Positions 19,854 to 29,708 of a stretch of 64,000 bases of DNA are shown here, in pieces. The notes beneath the pieces are model-generated. The model saw nothing but the letters and a program-made list of their open reading frames with translations. It was not told the DNA's origin and did not search any database. The stretch spans positions 13,646-77,645 of the forward strand of contig JACPIN010000005.1 of the NCBI GenBank assembly GCA_016188065.1, written 5' to 3'. Position numbers and translations under genes: made by a program. This stretch comes from Candidatus Woesearchaeota archaeon (GTDB taxonomy: Archaea; Nanobdellota; Nanobdellia; SCGC-AAA011-G17; ARS1403). Each line of letters begins with the position of its first letter. The stretch's first letter is position 1.

Positions 19854-21002
19854 CTATTTCAGATATTTTTCAATCCTTTCCAGAGCTTTTTTTATCAGAA
19901 ATAATTTTGTTGCATATGAAAATCTAATATAACCTTCTCCATATTCCCCGAATTCTGTCCCTGGAACGACTGCAACTTTTGCTTTTTTTAAAAGATCTTG
20001 AGAGAATTTATAGCTGGATTTCTTTGTTACATACTTTATATTTGAGAATGCATAAAATGCGCCTTTTGGCTCTTTTGTAATTAGATTTATTTCATTCAAT
20101 CTTTTTACAAGATATTTTCTTCTTCTGTTGTATGCTCTGACCATCCTGTTTATATACCGATTTGGCAAGGATAAGGCCTTGATTGCCATTAGCTGAGATA
20201 TGTGGGTAGGAGATATTGTCAGGAAATGCGAAGATTCTATTATTGATTCTGATAAATTCTTGGGGGATACTACATAGCCTACTCTAAAACCACACATAGC
20301 ATAACTTTTTGAAAACGTGTAAAGAGAGATGACATATTCTTTCATTCCGTTTAGTGATGCTATGGATACATGCTTTTCACCATCGTAAATTAATCTTTCA
20401 TAAGCTTCGTCTGAAAGTATGTAAAGATTTTTTTCTCTTGCAATGCCCGCAATTTCTTCAAGTAATTTTCTTGAATAGATCTGTCCTGTTGGATTGGAGG
20501 GGGAGTTGACTATAATCGCTTTTGTTTTTTTGTTTACTAGCTTTTTTATTTGATCTGGATCTGGCTGAAAATTATTTTCTTCAGAAAGCTTGTATGAAAT
20601 TGGTTTTCCATCGCTTAGTTCAATTGCTGGGAGATAAGCTAAATATCCTGGATTTGGAATCAATACTTGGTCTTTTGGATCTGTTGTTGTTAACAATGAT
20701 GCGAAAATAGCTTCTTGGCTTCCTGTTGTTACAATTACATTTTCAGGAATTGCATTTATCTTATTCTCTTTCTTTAATTTTTTACAGATTGCTTCTCTCA
20801 ATTCCTTTAAGCCTTGAGTCGGAGTGTAATGGGTGGATTTATGGATTATACTTGCTCCGTATCTTAACAAAGGCCGAGGCGTTGTGAAGTCTGGCTCCCC
20901 AGCTGAGAGTGAAATGATGCTTTTAGATTCGTACATTATCCTCAATAGTTCAGGAAGTGTAAAATTAGGCAGATGTTTTTCGCGTTCAGAAATCCCTCTC
21001 AT
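19854..21002 (-). CDS. Class I/II PLP aminotransferase (aspartate aminotransferase family)
   Basis: 382 aa; YTFSKSYAMCGFRVGY (the SxSKxxxxxGxRxG Lys motif); NPSNPTG. Confidence 0.85.
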   Translation of the reverse strand: MRGISEREKHLPNFTLPELLRIMYESKSIISLSAGEPDFTTPRPLLRYGASIIHKSTHYTPTQGLKELREAICKKLKKENKINAIPENVIVTTGSQEAIFASLLTTTDPKDQVLIPNPGYLAYLPAIELSDGKPISYKLSEENNFQPDPDQIKKLVNKKTKAIIVNSPSNPTGQIYSRKLLEEIAGIAREKNLYILSDEAYERLIYDGEKHVSIASLNGMKEYVISLYTFSKSYAMCGFRVGYVVSPKNLSESIIESSHFLTISPTHISQLMAIKALSLPNRYINRMVRAYNRRRKYLVKRLNEINLITKEPKGAFYAFSNIKYVTKKSSYKFSQDLLKKAKVAVVPGTEFGEYGEGYIRFSYATKLFLIKKALERIEKYLK

Positions 21003-21014
21003 AATTCTTTTAAA

Positions 21015-22139
21015 TTAATCTTGATTTATATATCTTTTTACGGTTTTTATAACATCCATATTAAACCGGGTTTGATATTTCGATAAAATTCTTTCCGAGA
21101 TTTCTTGAATTCCGATACCATTCTTTAACATAACTTTAATTTCTTCTCTAATTTTTTGTTTTGTTTCTTTATCTGTTTTCTGGAAAGTTTTAGATTTTAC
21201 AAAAGATTCCAGCAGTTTATATCTATAAGAGTTGACATATGGATTGAATATTGGGATTTCAAAAATGTCTTCTATTTTCTTAGTATTTCTAATCCAGACA
21301 ATATTCACCATTTTCCCCATCTTAGGAATCTTCCTTAATTTAATCCCTTTTGAGGTTCCAATTAACTCTATCAATATTTCTCTAATTAGTCCTGAATTAG
21401 GGTATGAAAATATCCTTAGATATCTACCTGGAAGATGTATTTTTGATCCGTCGCTATCACAAACACCTTGTATAAATCCGATCTTAAGCCATTTGGGTGA
21501 CTTCTTCATCCATTTTAGATTAACTTGATCATAAGTTGTAAGATCTTTTTCTTTTAATCCTAATATCTTTTCAAAAATGTAATCTGCCAAAAGAGAGTTT
21601 TTTGATCTCCAAAAGTACTCTAATCTATCCTTCTTTATTCGGTCTCTTCTACGAATCATTCTTATACCAAGAAGATTTGTTGTAAGTGAAAAGAAATCTC
21701 CGAATCTTTCATTACAGTCATGTTTTTTTGATAGTCCAAGACTTATTGTTCTAGACGATGTATGTAATTTGTCTTTACTACTATCTCCAATTAATACTCC
21801 AATAAAATAACCAAATAGATAGTCTTTATTCTTTTTTGAAAAATCATTAGGAAGATTAAATTTTTTCAGAAAGATACTAGTTTCTTTTGTTGGTTCTAAC
21901 TTACTAATAACTCTCTTAATATTTTTGAAATTGGTTATTTTCTTAGGTACTTGTATGAATCTTCCTATTGGAACTCCTCCACTTCCAAGTTTTAGGTTTA
22001 TCCATAAGAACCCTTTTTCAGGTTTTCCAATCTTTTTTAATGATTCGCCCCATTTTTTTGGGAGATTTCTGTTTCTATTGAAAAACCTTCTAGGTAGGTA
22101 AAAATATTTCATATCTCCATTAATATAGATATTTTTCAT
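21015..22139 (-). CDS. Free-standing double-motif LAGLIDADG-like homing endonuclease homolog with basic C-terminal extension
   Basis: 374 aa, very basic; two motifs about 120 aa apart, YLFGYFIGVLIGDSS (PI-SceI/I-DmoI type LLGLxIGDG) and WLKIGFIQGVCDSDGS; not embedded in an intein host or intron. Confidence 0.45.
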   Translation of the reverse strand: MKNIYINGDMKYFYLPRRFFNRNRNLPKKWGESLKKIGKPEKGFLWINLKLGSGGVPIGRFIQVPKKITNFKNIKRVISKLEPTKETSIFLKKFNLPNDFSKKNKDYLFGYFIGVLIGDSSKDKLHTSSRTISLGLSKKHDCNERFGDFFSLTTNLLGIRMIRRRDRIKKDRLEYFWRSKNSLLADYIFEKILGLKEKDLTTYDQVNLKWMKKSPKWLKIGFIQGVCDSDGSKIHLPGRYLRIFSYPNSGLIREILIELIGTSKGIKLRKIPKMGKMVNIVWIRNTKKIEDIFEIPIFNPYVNSYRYKLLESFVKSKTFQKTDKETKQKIREEIKVMLKNGIGIQEISERILSKYQTRFNMDVIKTVKRYINQD

Positions 22140-22288
22140 AATAAAACAAGAATATATTCATTTTTAAATGGTGTGAGGGTGTATGGCACATGTCATGTGA
22201 ATTTTAGAAATGAGATATTTTAGTTGTTGTTGAAACTTATGATTATATCTAGAGATAAACTACTTAGATTTTTTAGCAAAACTTTGCA

Positions 22289-22738
22289 TTATCTCTTTAT
22301 GCCTTGCATTCCTCCACATAGGTACTCGTGAAGAGTCATTCCAGTTAATTTCATACTTGGAAGTTGTATTAATAGTATATTTACTAAGAATAAATCAAAT
22401 GGGAAGAATATCCAAAATAATAGGGTACTAAAACTTGCGGTATAAAGAACTGCATGAATAACCTGTTGTTTTATTTTATATTTCTTCTTCCAATATGTTT
22501 TTGTTATCATCATTCCAAAAGTGCGGTTTTTATTAAAGAAAACAAAAATTAGTTTATATAATAGGAATAATGAAATGAAGATTAGTTTTTTAATTAAAGA
22601 ATTATTTACAATTAAGAAAAAAGGAAGGAATGCTATTGAGACAACAGCAACATTAATAACTGAATTAATTAGCTTTTCTATAGAAGATACTTGTCGCATA
22701 TACTTTACAGAATTATCTAATTTATATATGCTTCGCAA
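22289..22738 (-). CDS. Small membrane protein (hypothetical)
   Basis: 149 aa, 4 hydrophobic segments. Confidence 0.3.
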   Translation of the reverse strand: MRSIYKLDNSVKYMRQVSSIEKLINSVINVAVVSIAFLPFFLIVNNSLIKKLIFISLFLLYKLIFVFFNKNRTFGMMITKTYWKKKYKIKQQVIHAVLYTASFSTLLFWIFFPFDLFLVNILLIQLPSMKLTGMTLHEYLCGGMQGIKR

Positions 22739-23315
22739 AATTTTCTATAACTTCTTTATTAAAAACTTCAGGATGAAACAACACCCCGTAATGGTTATTT
22801 ATTTTAATTGCCTGTATTGATTTTGAAGACTCAGCTAATAGGTCAAATCCTCCCGGCAAAGTAACTGAAAATTGATGCAGTGAATAAACTTTTGTTATGT
22901 CTTTGATTAATTTATTTTCTTTTAAAATTTTAATTTCTGTTTGACCAATTTCTTTTGCCTTTTTTAATCTTGATCCATTTGCCAAAGCTAAGATCTGCAT
23001 GCCTGCACATATTCCTAAAATTGGTTTTTTGTAATCTTTAATCCAAGAAAATTTTTCTAAATCTTTTAGATATTCATCATCTTTTAGAGATGTTCCTGCA
23101 ATTATTATTTTTTCAGCTGAATCTAAGTCTTTTTGCTTTAAATCTTTATAATGAATTACTTTAGATTTTTTTAATAAATCCGTGATTGGTTTTATAAATT
23201 CTAAATCATGCAGCCTGTCTTTGCTAACATTAATTATTAGAATCATCTTTGAATAGCGGGCAGTAAACAATTTCTGTTTCTGCTTCACCTCCCTCGAATG
23301 CCGGATTAAATCCAT
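22722..23315 (-). CDS. Class I glutamine amidotransferase (GMP synthase subunit A-like)
   Basis: 197 aa; GICAGMQIL catalytic Cys motif and C-terminal LFHPE; the true start is probably an internal Met that shortens the overlap. Confidence 0.65.
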   Translation of the reverse strand: MDLIRHSREVKQKQKLFTARYSKMILIINVSKDRLHDLEFIKPITDLLKKSKVIHYKDLKQKDLDSAEKIIIAGTSLKDDEYLKDLEKFSWIKDYKKPILGICAGMQILALANGSRLKKAKEIGQTEIKILKENKLIKDITKVYSLHQFSVTLPGGFDLLAESSKSIQAIKINNHYGVLFHPEVFNKEVIENFAKHI

Positions 23316-23838
23316 ATTTTTTGCTTAGTTCAATTAATTTTGGAAGAGACTCTTTATCTATAACCCTTCCAATCCAAGAATCATCTAATCCGTCTGTCGC
23401 TACTTTTATTATTTTAAACCTAAAATGATTTGCCACAAGCTCATTTAACAATTCAATTTGATTTTTCTGCCAGAGAGGATTGAAACAATAGAGATCTAAT
23501 TCGTTGCAGATTTTTTGTATTCTTGACGCTTGGTATGTTGAAGCTACTGCCCCTGTAACAATCCCCTCAACCTGATATTTTTCTATTGCTGCTTTGATTG
23601 CTCTTTTTAAATCTGCTAATTCTTTTTCTTTCTCTCCAGCTGTTGAAAACTTTATCAATGGTAAATTCATTTTTTTAGCTATTTCATCAACTTTATCTAT
23701 AGGCGTGTGGAACATATAACTGTCTTTATTTTTTGAATCCATGGTTATTAAGCAGACTATTTGATGATCGAATTTTTTGGCTAGATAAAGTGCATATGTA
23801 GAATCCTTCCCTCCTGAGAATAAGGATGCTAGTCTCAT
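23230..23838 (-). CDS. PP-loop ATP pyrophosphatase of the MJ0570/Dph6 (diphthine-ammonia ligase-like) family
   Basis: 202 aa; N-terminal ASLFSGGKDS PP-loop. Confidence 0.55.
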   Translation of the reverse strand: MRLASLFSGGKDSTYALYLAKKFDHQIVCLITMDSKNKDSYMFHTPIDKVDEIAKKMNLPLIKFSTAGEKEKELADLKRAIKAAIEKYQVEGIVTGAVASTYQASRIQKICNELDLYCFNPLWQKNQIELLNELVANHFRFKIIKVATDGLDDSWIGRVIDKESLPKLIELSKKYGFNPAFEGGEAETEIVYCPLFKDDSNN

Positions 23839-24233
23839 GAGGATTTTTTGAGATTGACTTGCTTATTTTTTAATCTCAATGGCAGAAGGTTTAAAAGAGA
23901 GGCTTGATTTAATCTCCTTGACATTTTATCAGGTCCTCTTTGCCCTCTGCTTTTTTTAATCTCTTTTCTTAGCTCCCCTGATAGCGGACTAAAAGTCATA
24001 AAAAACCCTTCTCTTTTATTCTCCCTTAAATTATGAACGTAAACTACTTCATCTCTTTCTTCTATGTATACTTCTAAATTTCTTATAGATGATCCTGGCT
24101 CACTGCTTCTTCTCAAATACCTTTCTATGTGGTAATATACTGCCTGCCTTGTCAGGCTCTTCATTTCTGCATACTGCTTGATTGAAAAAGTTTGATTTCC
24201 TTCTACTTCTATGGGGAGATATAATTTTGACAT
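23835..24233 (-). CDS. Hypothetical small protein with putative HTH
   Basis: 132 aa; SIKQYAEMKSLTRQAVYYHIERY HTH-like segment. Confidence 0.3.
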   Translation of the reverse strand: MSKLYLPIEVEGNQTFSIKQYAEMKSLTRQAVYYHIERYLRRSSEPGSSIRNLEVYIEERDEVVYVHNLRENKREGFFMTFSPLSGELRKEIKKSRGQRGPDKMSRRLNQASLLNLLPLRLKNKQVNLKKSS

Positions 24234-24289
24234 ATAATTTAGTATAAAATTTGTTTTATAAATGTTACTTATTTAGAGTCATGAAAAGG

Positions 24290-24298
24290 TTTATATAA
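24290..24298 (+). promoter_or_regulatory. Archaeal TATA box for tRNA-Leu
   Basis: TTTATATAA centred about 27 bp upstream of the tRNA 5' end at 24321. Confidence 0.45.
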
Positions 24299-24320
24299 GA
24301 TTTTCTAAAGGATACATTTA

Positions 24321-24437
24321 TGCGGGAGTGCCGGAGTGGCCAAACGGGGTAGAAATTCCAAAATTGCCCGACCTCAAGAATTTGGCTAAGAAAGCTACTG
24401 GCTTAGTGCCTACGCAGGTTCGAATCCTGTCTCCCGC
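24321..24437 (+). tRNA. tRNA-Leu(CAA), class II, with two predicted introns (19 nt at 30/31 and 14 nt at 37/38)
   Basis: Acceptor GCGGGAG/CTCCCGC; 3-bp D stem with 11-nt loop; T arm GCAGG-TTCGAAT-CCTGT. Removing 24352-24370 and 24379-24392 gives anticodon arm GTAGC-CTCAAGA-GCTAC; variable arm GGC-TTAGT-GCC; mature length 85. Confidence 0.6.
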
Positions 24438-24478
24438 AGTTTGGATAAGCATATAAGCCTTAAGATATTTATTTTTAT

Positions 24479-24703
24479 ATGGAGAAAAGTATAGAAATAT
24501 TCTGCTATTATAGTGAATGCGGAAGAGGGAATAATTTGGGTGATAGAAATTATGTTATTGACGAAAAAGAAAAATACTATTTCTGTGATTCGGGATGCAA
24601 AGCAATGTGGGCTGTTGAGAATTCTCCAGATATATTAATGTTAGGACTACGTGAAAAGGGGATAGAATATTTAGTTACTAGAAATAGGATAGTTGAGGTA
24701 TGA
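24479..24703 (+). CDS. Small Cys-rich zinc-ribbon/TRASH-like protein
   Basis: 74 aa; CYYSEC...YFCDSGC pattern of YHS/TRASH-type metal-binding domains. Confidence 0.35.
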   Translation: MEKSIEIFCYYSECGRGNNLGDRNYVIDEKEKYYFCDSGCKAMWAVENSPDILMLGLREKGIEYLVTRNRIVEV

Positions 24704-24764
24704 CCTTCGGAGTTTTTAAATTTAAATTGGGAAATTTTAAATAACCCATCATTATTAGTTTTTT

Positions 24765-25331
24765 ATGGAAGAAAGATTTCTTGAAAAGCTGAAAAAAATA
24801 AAAAGGGGACCTGCAATTATCCTGCAGAAAGATGCGGGCGTTATTTTAGCTAATACTAGCATCGACAAAAATTCAGTTGTGTTAGATGCAGGATCTGGAT
24901 GCGGGGTTTTAACTGCCAATCTTGCAAGATTTGTAAAAAAAGTTTACAGCTATGATAACAGAAAAGAGTTTTTGGAGATAGCTAAAGAAAATGCAAAAAT
25001 GCTTGGGCTAAAAAATATTGTTTTTAGGAACAAAGATATCTTTGAAAACATTAAAGATAAAAACTTGGATTTAATAACCTTGGATTTGAAAGATTCTTGG
25101 AGGGCTTTGGAAAACTGCAAAAAAGCATTGAAAGAAAATGGCGAGCTTGCTGTTTATTTTCCGAATATTACTCAAGTGCATGAATTTGTGAATAAGCTAG
25201 GAGAAGATTTTAAACTCTTAAAAGTTATTGAGGATATTCAGAGAGAATGGATCGTTGATGAGAGAAGAGCAAGACCCGAAAACATCGGGATTTTGCATAC
25301 GGGATTCTTAGTATTTGTTAAGAAAAATTAG
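24765..25331 (+). CDS. Class I SAM-dependent methyltransferase (TrmI/GCD14-like or small RNA MTase)
   Basis: 188 aa; VLDAGSGCGVLT motif I. Confidence 0.55.
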   Translation: MEERFLEKLKKIKRGPAIILQKDAGVILANTSIDKNSVVLDAGSGCGVLTANLARFVKKVYSYDNRKEFLEIAKENAKMLGLKNIVFRNKDIFENIKDKNLDLITLDLKDSWRALENCKKALKENGELAVYFPNITQVHEFVNKLGEDFKLLKVIEDIQREWIVDERRARPENIGILHTGFLVFVKKN

Positions 25332-25377
25332 TTGTTTTCTTTCTTAAAAAGCATTACGAAAAGTTTTTTAATCTGAG

Positions 25378-26886
25378 TTGAATTTTGTTGTGGCGATGGC
25401 AAAGAAAAAAGGCGTGATTGCTCAGAGCTTGCAGAACTCAATTAAGGATGCAGGCGCTGTTTCTGTGATGGACGGGGCTGGAACTAATTTCGTCAGTCCT
25501 TTTGCTATTGCCATGCAGGCGACTCCTCTGCAAATAGGATTACTGACCTCTATAGCTAATCTTCTTGCACCGTGGTTCCAGATATTTGCAAACAAGCTAA
25601 TGAGAGTTAGAAGCAGAAAATTTATTGTAAGCAGAGCAGTTCTATTCCATGCTTTATTATGGATACCACTAGCTTTGATTCCATTTTTATTTAAAGACTT
25701 ATCGTTGAGAACTTGGAGCGTTGTTTTTTTGTTTGCCTTAATTGCTATTGTCGGCGGCTTTGCAAGCCCTGCCTGGAATTCATGGATAGGGGACCTTGTC
25801 AAAAAAGAAGAGAGGGGAAGATATTTCAGCAGGAGAAATAAGATTGCCGGCGCTGTTGTGCTGATAAGCAGCTTATTTGCGGCGTGGTTTCTGAATTTGT
25901 TCAACGGAGAAAAAAATAATTTAAGTGGGGAAGAGGTTTTAATAGGATTTAGCATTTTATTTTTTATAGCTTTTTTAGCAAGACTAATCTCGAGATATTA
26001 TCTCAACAGACAGTATGAACCTAAATTTAAATATGATCCTGAGAGTTATTTTTCTCTTGGCAGTTTCATGAAAAGATTGAGAAACAGCAACCTGGGAAGA
26101 TTTGTTTTATACAGCGCTTTGCTCAGGGCTGCTGTAACTATCTCTGGCCCTTTTTTTGCTGTCTACATGCTGAGAGAATTGAATTTTAGCTATCCTGCTT
26201 ATATTTCCATGACGGTTGCAAGCTCTTTGGGAAGCATTGCTATCCTTTCTATTTGGGGAAGATTAGTTGATAGATTTGGAACAGTTAAAGTAATTATCAT
26301 AAGCGGAATTATGCTCAGTTTTATCCCTTTATTGTGGCTGGTCAGCAGAAACTGGTATTATCTACTGCTGGTGAATGCTTTTGGCGGCGCAGCTTGGGGA
26401 GGATTTGGGTTGAGCGGCGGGAATTTTATTTTCGACGTTGTTCCAAGGGAAAAAAGATCATTTGCGTTTGCATATTATAATATTTTCATCGGTGCAGGAA
26501 TCTTCATTGGCGCTTCCATCGGCGGATTGATTGCAACACACAGCAGCTTAAAGATTTTGGGAAGTGTTTATCTATTTTTGTTTACTATTAGCGGACTGGC
26601 AAGATTGTTTTTTACCTTGATTTTTGTTTTTGGCTTAAGAGAAGAAAGGAAAGTTGAAGACAAGCCTATTGTGGAAATTGCCGGCACAGAATTGATGGGA
26701 GGCTTTGTCGACGATGTTTTTGTCTTTGTGAACAATGCCTTGCCTAGAAGAGAAGCTATTGAAGAAGCATTGAAAGTGAACAGCATAAAGTTGAAAGAGA
26801 AGAGAAAAATCCTGAGAAGAAGAATATTAAAGTTCAACAGAAAATTCAGCGATAAAAAAGAAAAAAGCTTCTTTACAAAAATTTAA
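25378..26886 (+). CDS. MFS transporter
   Basis: 502 aa, 12 TM in a 6+6 arrangement with a basic central loop; C-terminal K/R-rich tail. Confidence 0.65.
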   Translation: MNFVVAMAKKKGVIAQSLQNSIKDAGAVSVMDGAGTNFVSPFAIAMQATPLQIGLLTSIANLLAPWFQIFANKLMRVRSRKFIVSRAVLFHALLWIPLALIPFLFKDLSLRTWSVVFLFALIAIVGGFASPAWNSWIGDLVKKEERGRYFSRRNKIAGAVVLISSLFAAWFLNLFNGEKNNLSGEEVLIGFSILFFIAFLARLISRYYLNRQYEPKFKYDPESYFSLGSFMKRLRNSNLGRFVLYSALLRAAVTISGPFFAVYMLRELNFSYPAYISMTVASSLGSIAILSIWGRLVDRFGTVKVIIISGIMLSFIPLLWLVSRNWYYLLLVNAFGGAAWGGFGLSGGNFIFDVVPREKRSFAFAYYNIFIGAGIFIGASIGGLIATHSSLKILGSVYLFLFTISGLARLFFTLIFVFGLREERKVEDKPIVEIAGTELMGGFVDDVFVFVNNALPRREAIEEALKVNSIKLKEKRKILRRRILKFNRKFSDKKEKSFFTKI

Positions 26887-26924
26887 AAACTGTTTTTCTT
26901 TGTGTAAATCTTAGTATAGTATTT

Positions 26925-27365
26925 TTAATGCATTTGCTTTAATTTAGAATAAATGCGTTTTGTAAAATATATTACTTTTTCTGCATATGACTTATCTAAA
27001 ATTGTACCGTAGTAGAGCATTCCATTTCTGAAAAACCTCATCTGATCAGCGAATTGCACATCCTTCTCATCAAATTCTAAAACCCTCATATAAGATACTT
27101 CAGCTTCATGCGCCCCAAACCCAGAAGCATTATATCCAGCTAAAAGCATCTTTGCTCTTATTAACTCCATTAATATATCATAACAAGATTTTACAAAATC
27201 ATTGGCATTAGCATCATTCAATTTTATCTTTTGTATTTTCTCCAATAGATTAGTATAACTGTTTTCAGATTCCTTAATCAAAAATTCTGCTCGAGATTTG
27301 TCTGCAGATTGCTTTTTAACAACATTATCTTTTATGAATTCATCAAATTTTCGTATTGCTCTCAT
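26925..27365 (-). CDS. HEPN-like partner protein of the upstream nucleotidyltransferase
   Basis: 146 aa all-alpha; overlaps the NTase gene stop by 4 nt (ATGA), the classical MNT-HEPN arrangement. Confidence 0.4.
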   Translation of the reverse strand: MRAIRKFDEFIKDNVVKKQSADKSRAEFLIKESENSYTNLLEKIQKIKLNDANANDFVKSCYDILMELIRAKMLLAGYNASGFGAHEAEVSYMRVLEFDEKDVQFADQMRFFRNGMLYYGTILDKSYAEKVIYFTKRIYSKLKQMH

Positions 27366-27910
27366 AGCTCAATTCCTCCTGCAAGGACAATTCCATTGTA
27401 CAAGTTTTCTTTCAAATTCTTATGGATATTTTTAAATGAAATGTAAAAATTTATATTTATTTTTCTCTCTAACAATTTTTCATAATTTGTTGTATCAATT
27501 ATTTTATCTTTCCTGCCGATTACTGCAAAATCTATGTCTGAATTTATTGTATCTTCGCCTCTTGAATAGCTTCCGAATAAAATTATTGCAGCTCCTGCAA
27601 ATTCTTTTTCAAGAAAATCTGCAAGCCCGGTTTCATATATCTGTTTTAAGTTGTCTACCATTTTTAGCTGCATTACTTTGTGATTATCCCTGTTCAATTC
27701 TATTGACCACCTTTTTGTTTCTTTGTCCTGATGTATTTTGATTAACTTTTCTTTTTCCAACGCTGGAAGCGCTTTCATTACTGCTGGCTGTGTAACCCAC
27801 AAAAAATTTGATATCTGTCTTTGATTTAGCAGAATTCCTACCTTTACAAATAGGAGCCTTAAAATCTCCTGCTGTAGACTTGTTAACTTTAGTTTATAGA
27901 TATTTACCAT
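27362..27910 (-). CDS. HTH plus minimal nucleotidyltransferase (MNT) fusion
   Basis: 182 aa; N-terminal wHTH; ILFGSYSRGEDTINSDIDFAV (GSxxxGxxxxxSDxD NTase motif). Confidence 0.7.
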   Translation of the reverse strand: MVNIYKLKLTSLQQEILRLLFVKVGILLNQRQISNFLWVTQPAVMKALPALEKEKLIKIHQDKETKRWSIELNRDNHKVMQLKMVDNLKQIYETGLADFLEKEFAGAAIILFGSYSRGEDTINSDIDFAVIGRKDKIIDTTNYEKLLERKININFYISFKNIHKNLKENLYNGIVLAGGIEL

Positions 27911-28015
27911 AGTTAATATATATTAACTTTAGTTTATATATCTTTTGGTTTTGTTTCTAAAATCGAAAATTTTAGCAATATTTAAAAGAAGCTTTTTCTT
28001 TAAAGTTTTCATAAT

Positions 28016-28176
28016 GCCCGGGTAGCTCAGCCTGGAAGAACCCTTTTGGAAAAAGCGTTCACGGAAAATTAAGCTTCACCAAAGAAAGCGGTTCTGGGTA
28101 AATAGAGCACAGATCTTAGCAAAAGAGTGCGACACTCCTAATGCTGGGGCCGGGGGTTCGAATCCCCTCTCGGGCG
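28016..28176 (+). tRNA. tRNA-Arg(CCU) with two predicted introns (67 nt in the D loop at 20/21 and 20 nt at 29/30)
   Basis: Acceptor GCCCGGG/CTCGGGC. Removing 28036-28102 restores the canonical D arm GCTC-AGCCTGGTA-GAGC. Removing 28113-28132 gives anticodon arm CAGCA-CTCCTAA-TGCTG. T arm GGGGG-TTCGAAT-CCCCT. Mature length 74. Confidence 0.55.
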
Positions 28177-28177
28177 A

Positions 28178-28834
28178 TTATTCATTTTTCGAAGTTTTTC
28201 TTCTATGCTTGATATATTCCATGATTGCCGGAATGAACGAGATAATTACAATTATTGCAATTACAAGAGTAAGATTCTCTTTTATATACGCAATGTTGCC
28301 GAAGTAAAATCCTGAAAAAATAAATATTGCAACCCATGCTATTCCTCCAATTACGTTATAAATTAAAAAAGTAAGATAATCCATCTTTCCTATTCCTGCG
28401 ATGAATGGTGCAAATGTCCTAATAATCGGAATAAAGCGTGCAAGCACAATTGTTTTCTTGCCGTGATGATGAAAAAATAATTTTGTTCTTTCGATATGCT
28501 CTTTCTTGATAAATTTTGAAAAAAATTTTTCTCCGAAGTGATAGCCAATCCAATAATTAATGGTGTCTCCTAAAATCGCTGCAATTGAAAGCAATAAAAA
28601 TAACAGATAAACATTTAATGCGCCTGCTGCTGCTAGCGCCCCTGCAATAAAAAGCAAAGAATCTCCTGGAAGGAATGGAGTCAAAACAAATCCAGTTTCC
28701 ATAAAAATGATGAGGAAAAGCAGAAGATAAACAAAGTCTCCATAGCTTTGGATAAGCACAGTGAGAGAAGTGTCTAAGTGAAGAATAAAGTTGATGATGG
28801 ATTTAATCATTTTCCAATTATAAAAAAACACCAT
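28178..28834 (-). CDS. DedA/TVP38-family membrane protein
   Basis: 218 aa; FLPGDSLLFIAGALAA DedA signature. Confidence 0.75.
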   Translation of the reverse strand: MVFFYNWKMIKSIINFILHLDTSLTVLIQSYGDFVYLLLFLIIFMETGFVLTPFLPGDSLLFIAGALAAAGALNVYLLFLLLSIAAILGDTINYWIGYHFGEKFFSKFIKKEHIERTKLFFHHHGKKTIVLARFIPIIRTFAPFIAGIGKMDYLTFLIYNVIGGIAWVAIFIFSGFYFGNIAYIKENLTLVIAIIVIISFIPAIMEYIKHRRKTSKNE

Positions 28835-28931
28835 TAATAAATGTTCAGTTGCTAAAAAAAGAGAACAAATAGCTTTATATATAAGTTCTGCTACTATTTT
28901 GATTTAAGAAGCCGAGAGGTGTAAAAAGAGG

Positions 28932-29669
28932 ATGACTACTCCTTCAAAAATTGTTCAGGGAATGGGTATTAATTTTGAAGAGCCTGTAATTAGGGAAAAA
29001 GAGCAAAAGCAGGATCTTAATAGGTTTAGTAAAATGGTTCCTTTTCTTATGCAAAAAGGCATTGACAAGCTTAACTTAACCATGTTCAGCCCAGAGCTTA
29101 GAAAAGATTTACTGCTTGCAATGGGTGATGAGTATAGGAAAAAAGGAGACTTGTATGATGCTGCAAGAGCGTACCTTTTAGCTGATCATAAAGAAAATTT
29201 AAACCTTATCGGAGAGGATTATGAAGTGTTGATGCAGTGGGATAATTGCGTTGAAGTCTATAAAATGGCTGGAAATAGGTCAAAATTATTGAAGATTGGC
29301 AGGAAATGCATCCAAGATGGAAATTTGAAACAGGCTGCCAAGGCTTTTATGGCTGCAGATGACTCTGATAATCTGCTTATTGTTGGAGAGAAATGCATGG
29401 ACTGCTACAGGTTTGATCAGGCTTTTGAGGTTTTTTCATTCTTACATGACAAGCATAAATTAGTCACACTTGGGATGAGGTGCTTGGAGCACAATGAATA
29501 CCATTATGCAATTAAATCATTTAATGCTGCTGAAGACAAGGAAAAATTAAACTTGACTGGTGATCAATTACTTAAAGAAGAAAAAATAGAGATGGCTTTA
29601 GAGGCATACAAGCTTGCGGACAATCAGCCAATGGTTGCTTTTATCAAGCAGAACTTTATTAATTTTTAA
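28932..29669 (+). CDS. Soluble tandem-repeat protein (four ~38-aa alpha-helical repeats), unknown function
   Basis: 245 aa; repeats with the pattern G-x-x-Y-D/K-A-A-x-A-Y/F-x-x-A-D-x-x-x-N-L-x-x-x-G-E. Confidence 0.35.
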   Translation: MTTPSKIVQGMGINFEEPVIREKEQKQDLNRFSKMVPFLMQKGIDKLNLTMFSPELRKDLLLAMGDEYRKKGDLYDAARAYLLADHKENLNLIGEDYEVLMQWDNCVEVYKMAGNRSKLLKIGRKCIQDGNLKQAAKAFMAADDSDNLLIVGEKCMDCYRFDQAFEVFSFLHDKHKLVTLGMRCLEHNEYHYAIKSFNAAEDKEKLNLTGDQLLKEEKIEMALEAYKLADNQPMVAFIKQNFINF

Positions 29670-29708
29670 TTTCTAAAGATTTTTATATTTGAAAGTTTTT
29701 TACATTAT

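Noticed and set aside
24233-24320. Integrase or attachment-site remnants next to tRNA-Leu and tRNA-Arg
   Set aside because: No tyrosine/serine recombinase-like ORF and no direct repeat of the tRNA 3' ends was found near 24437 or 28176.
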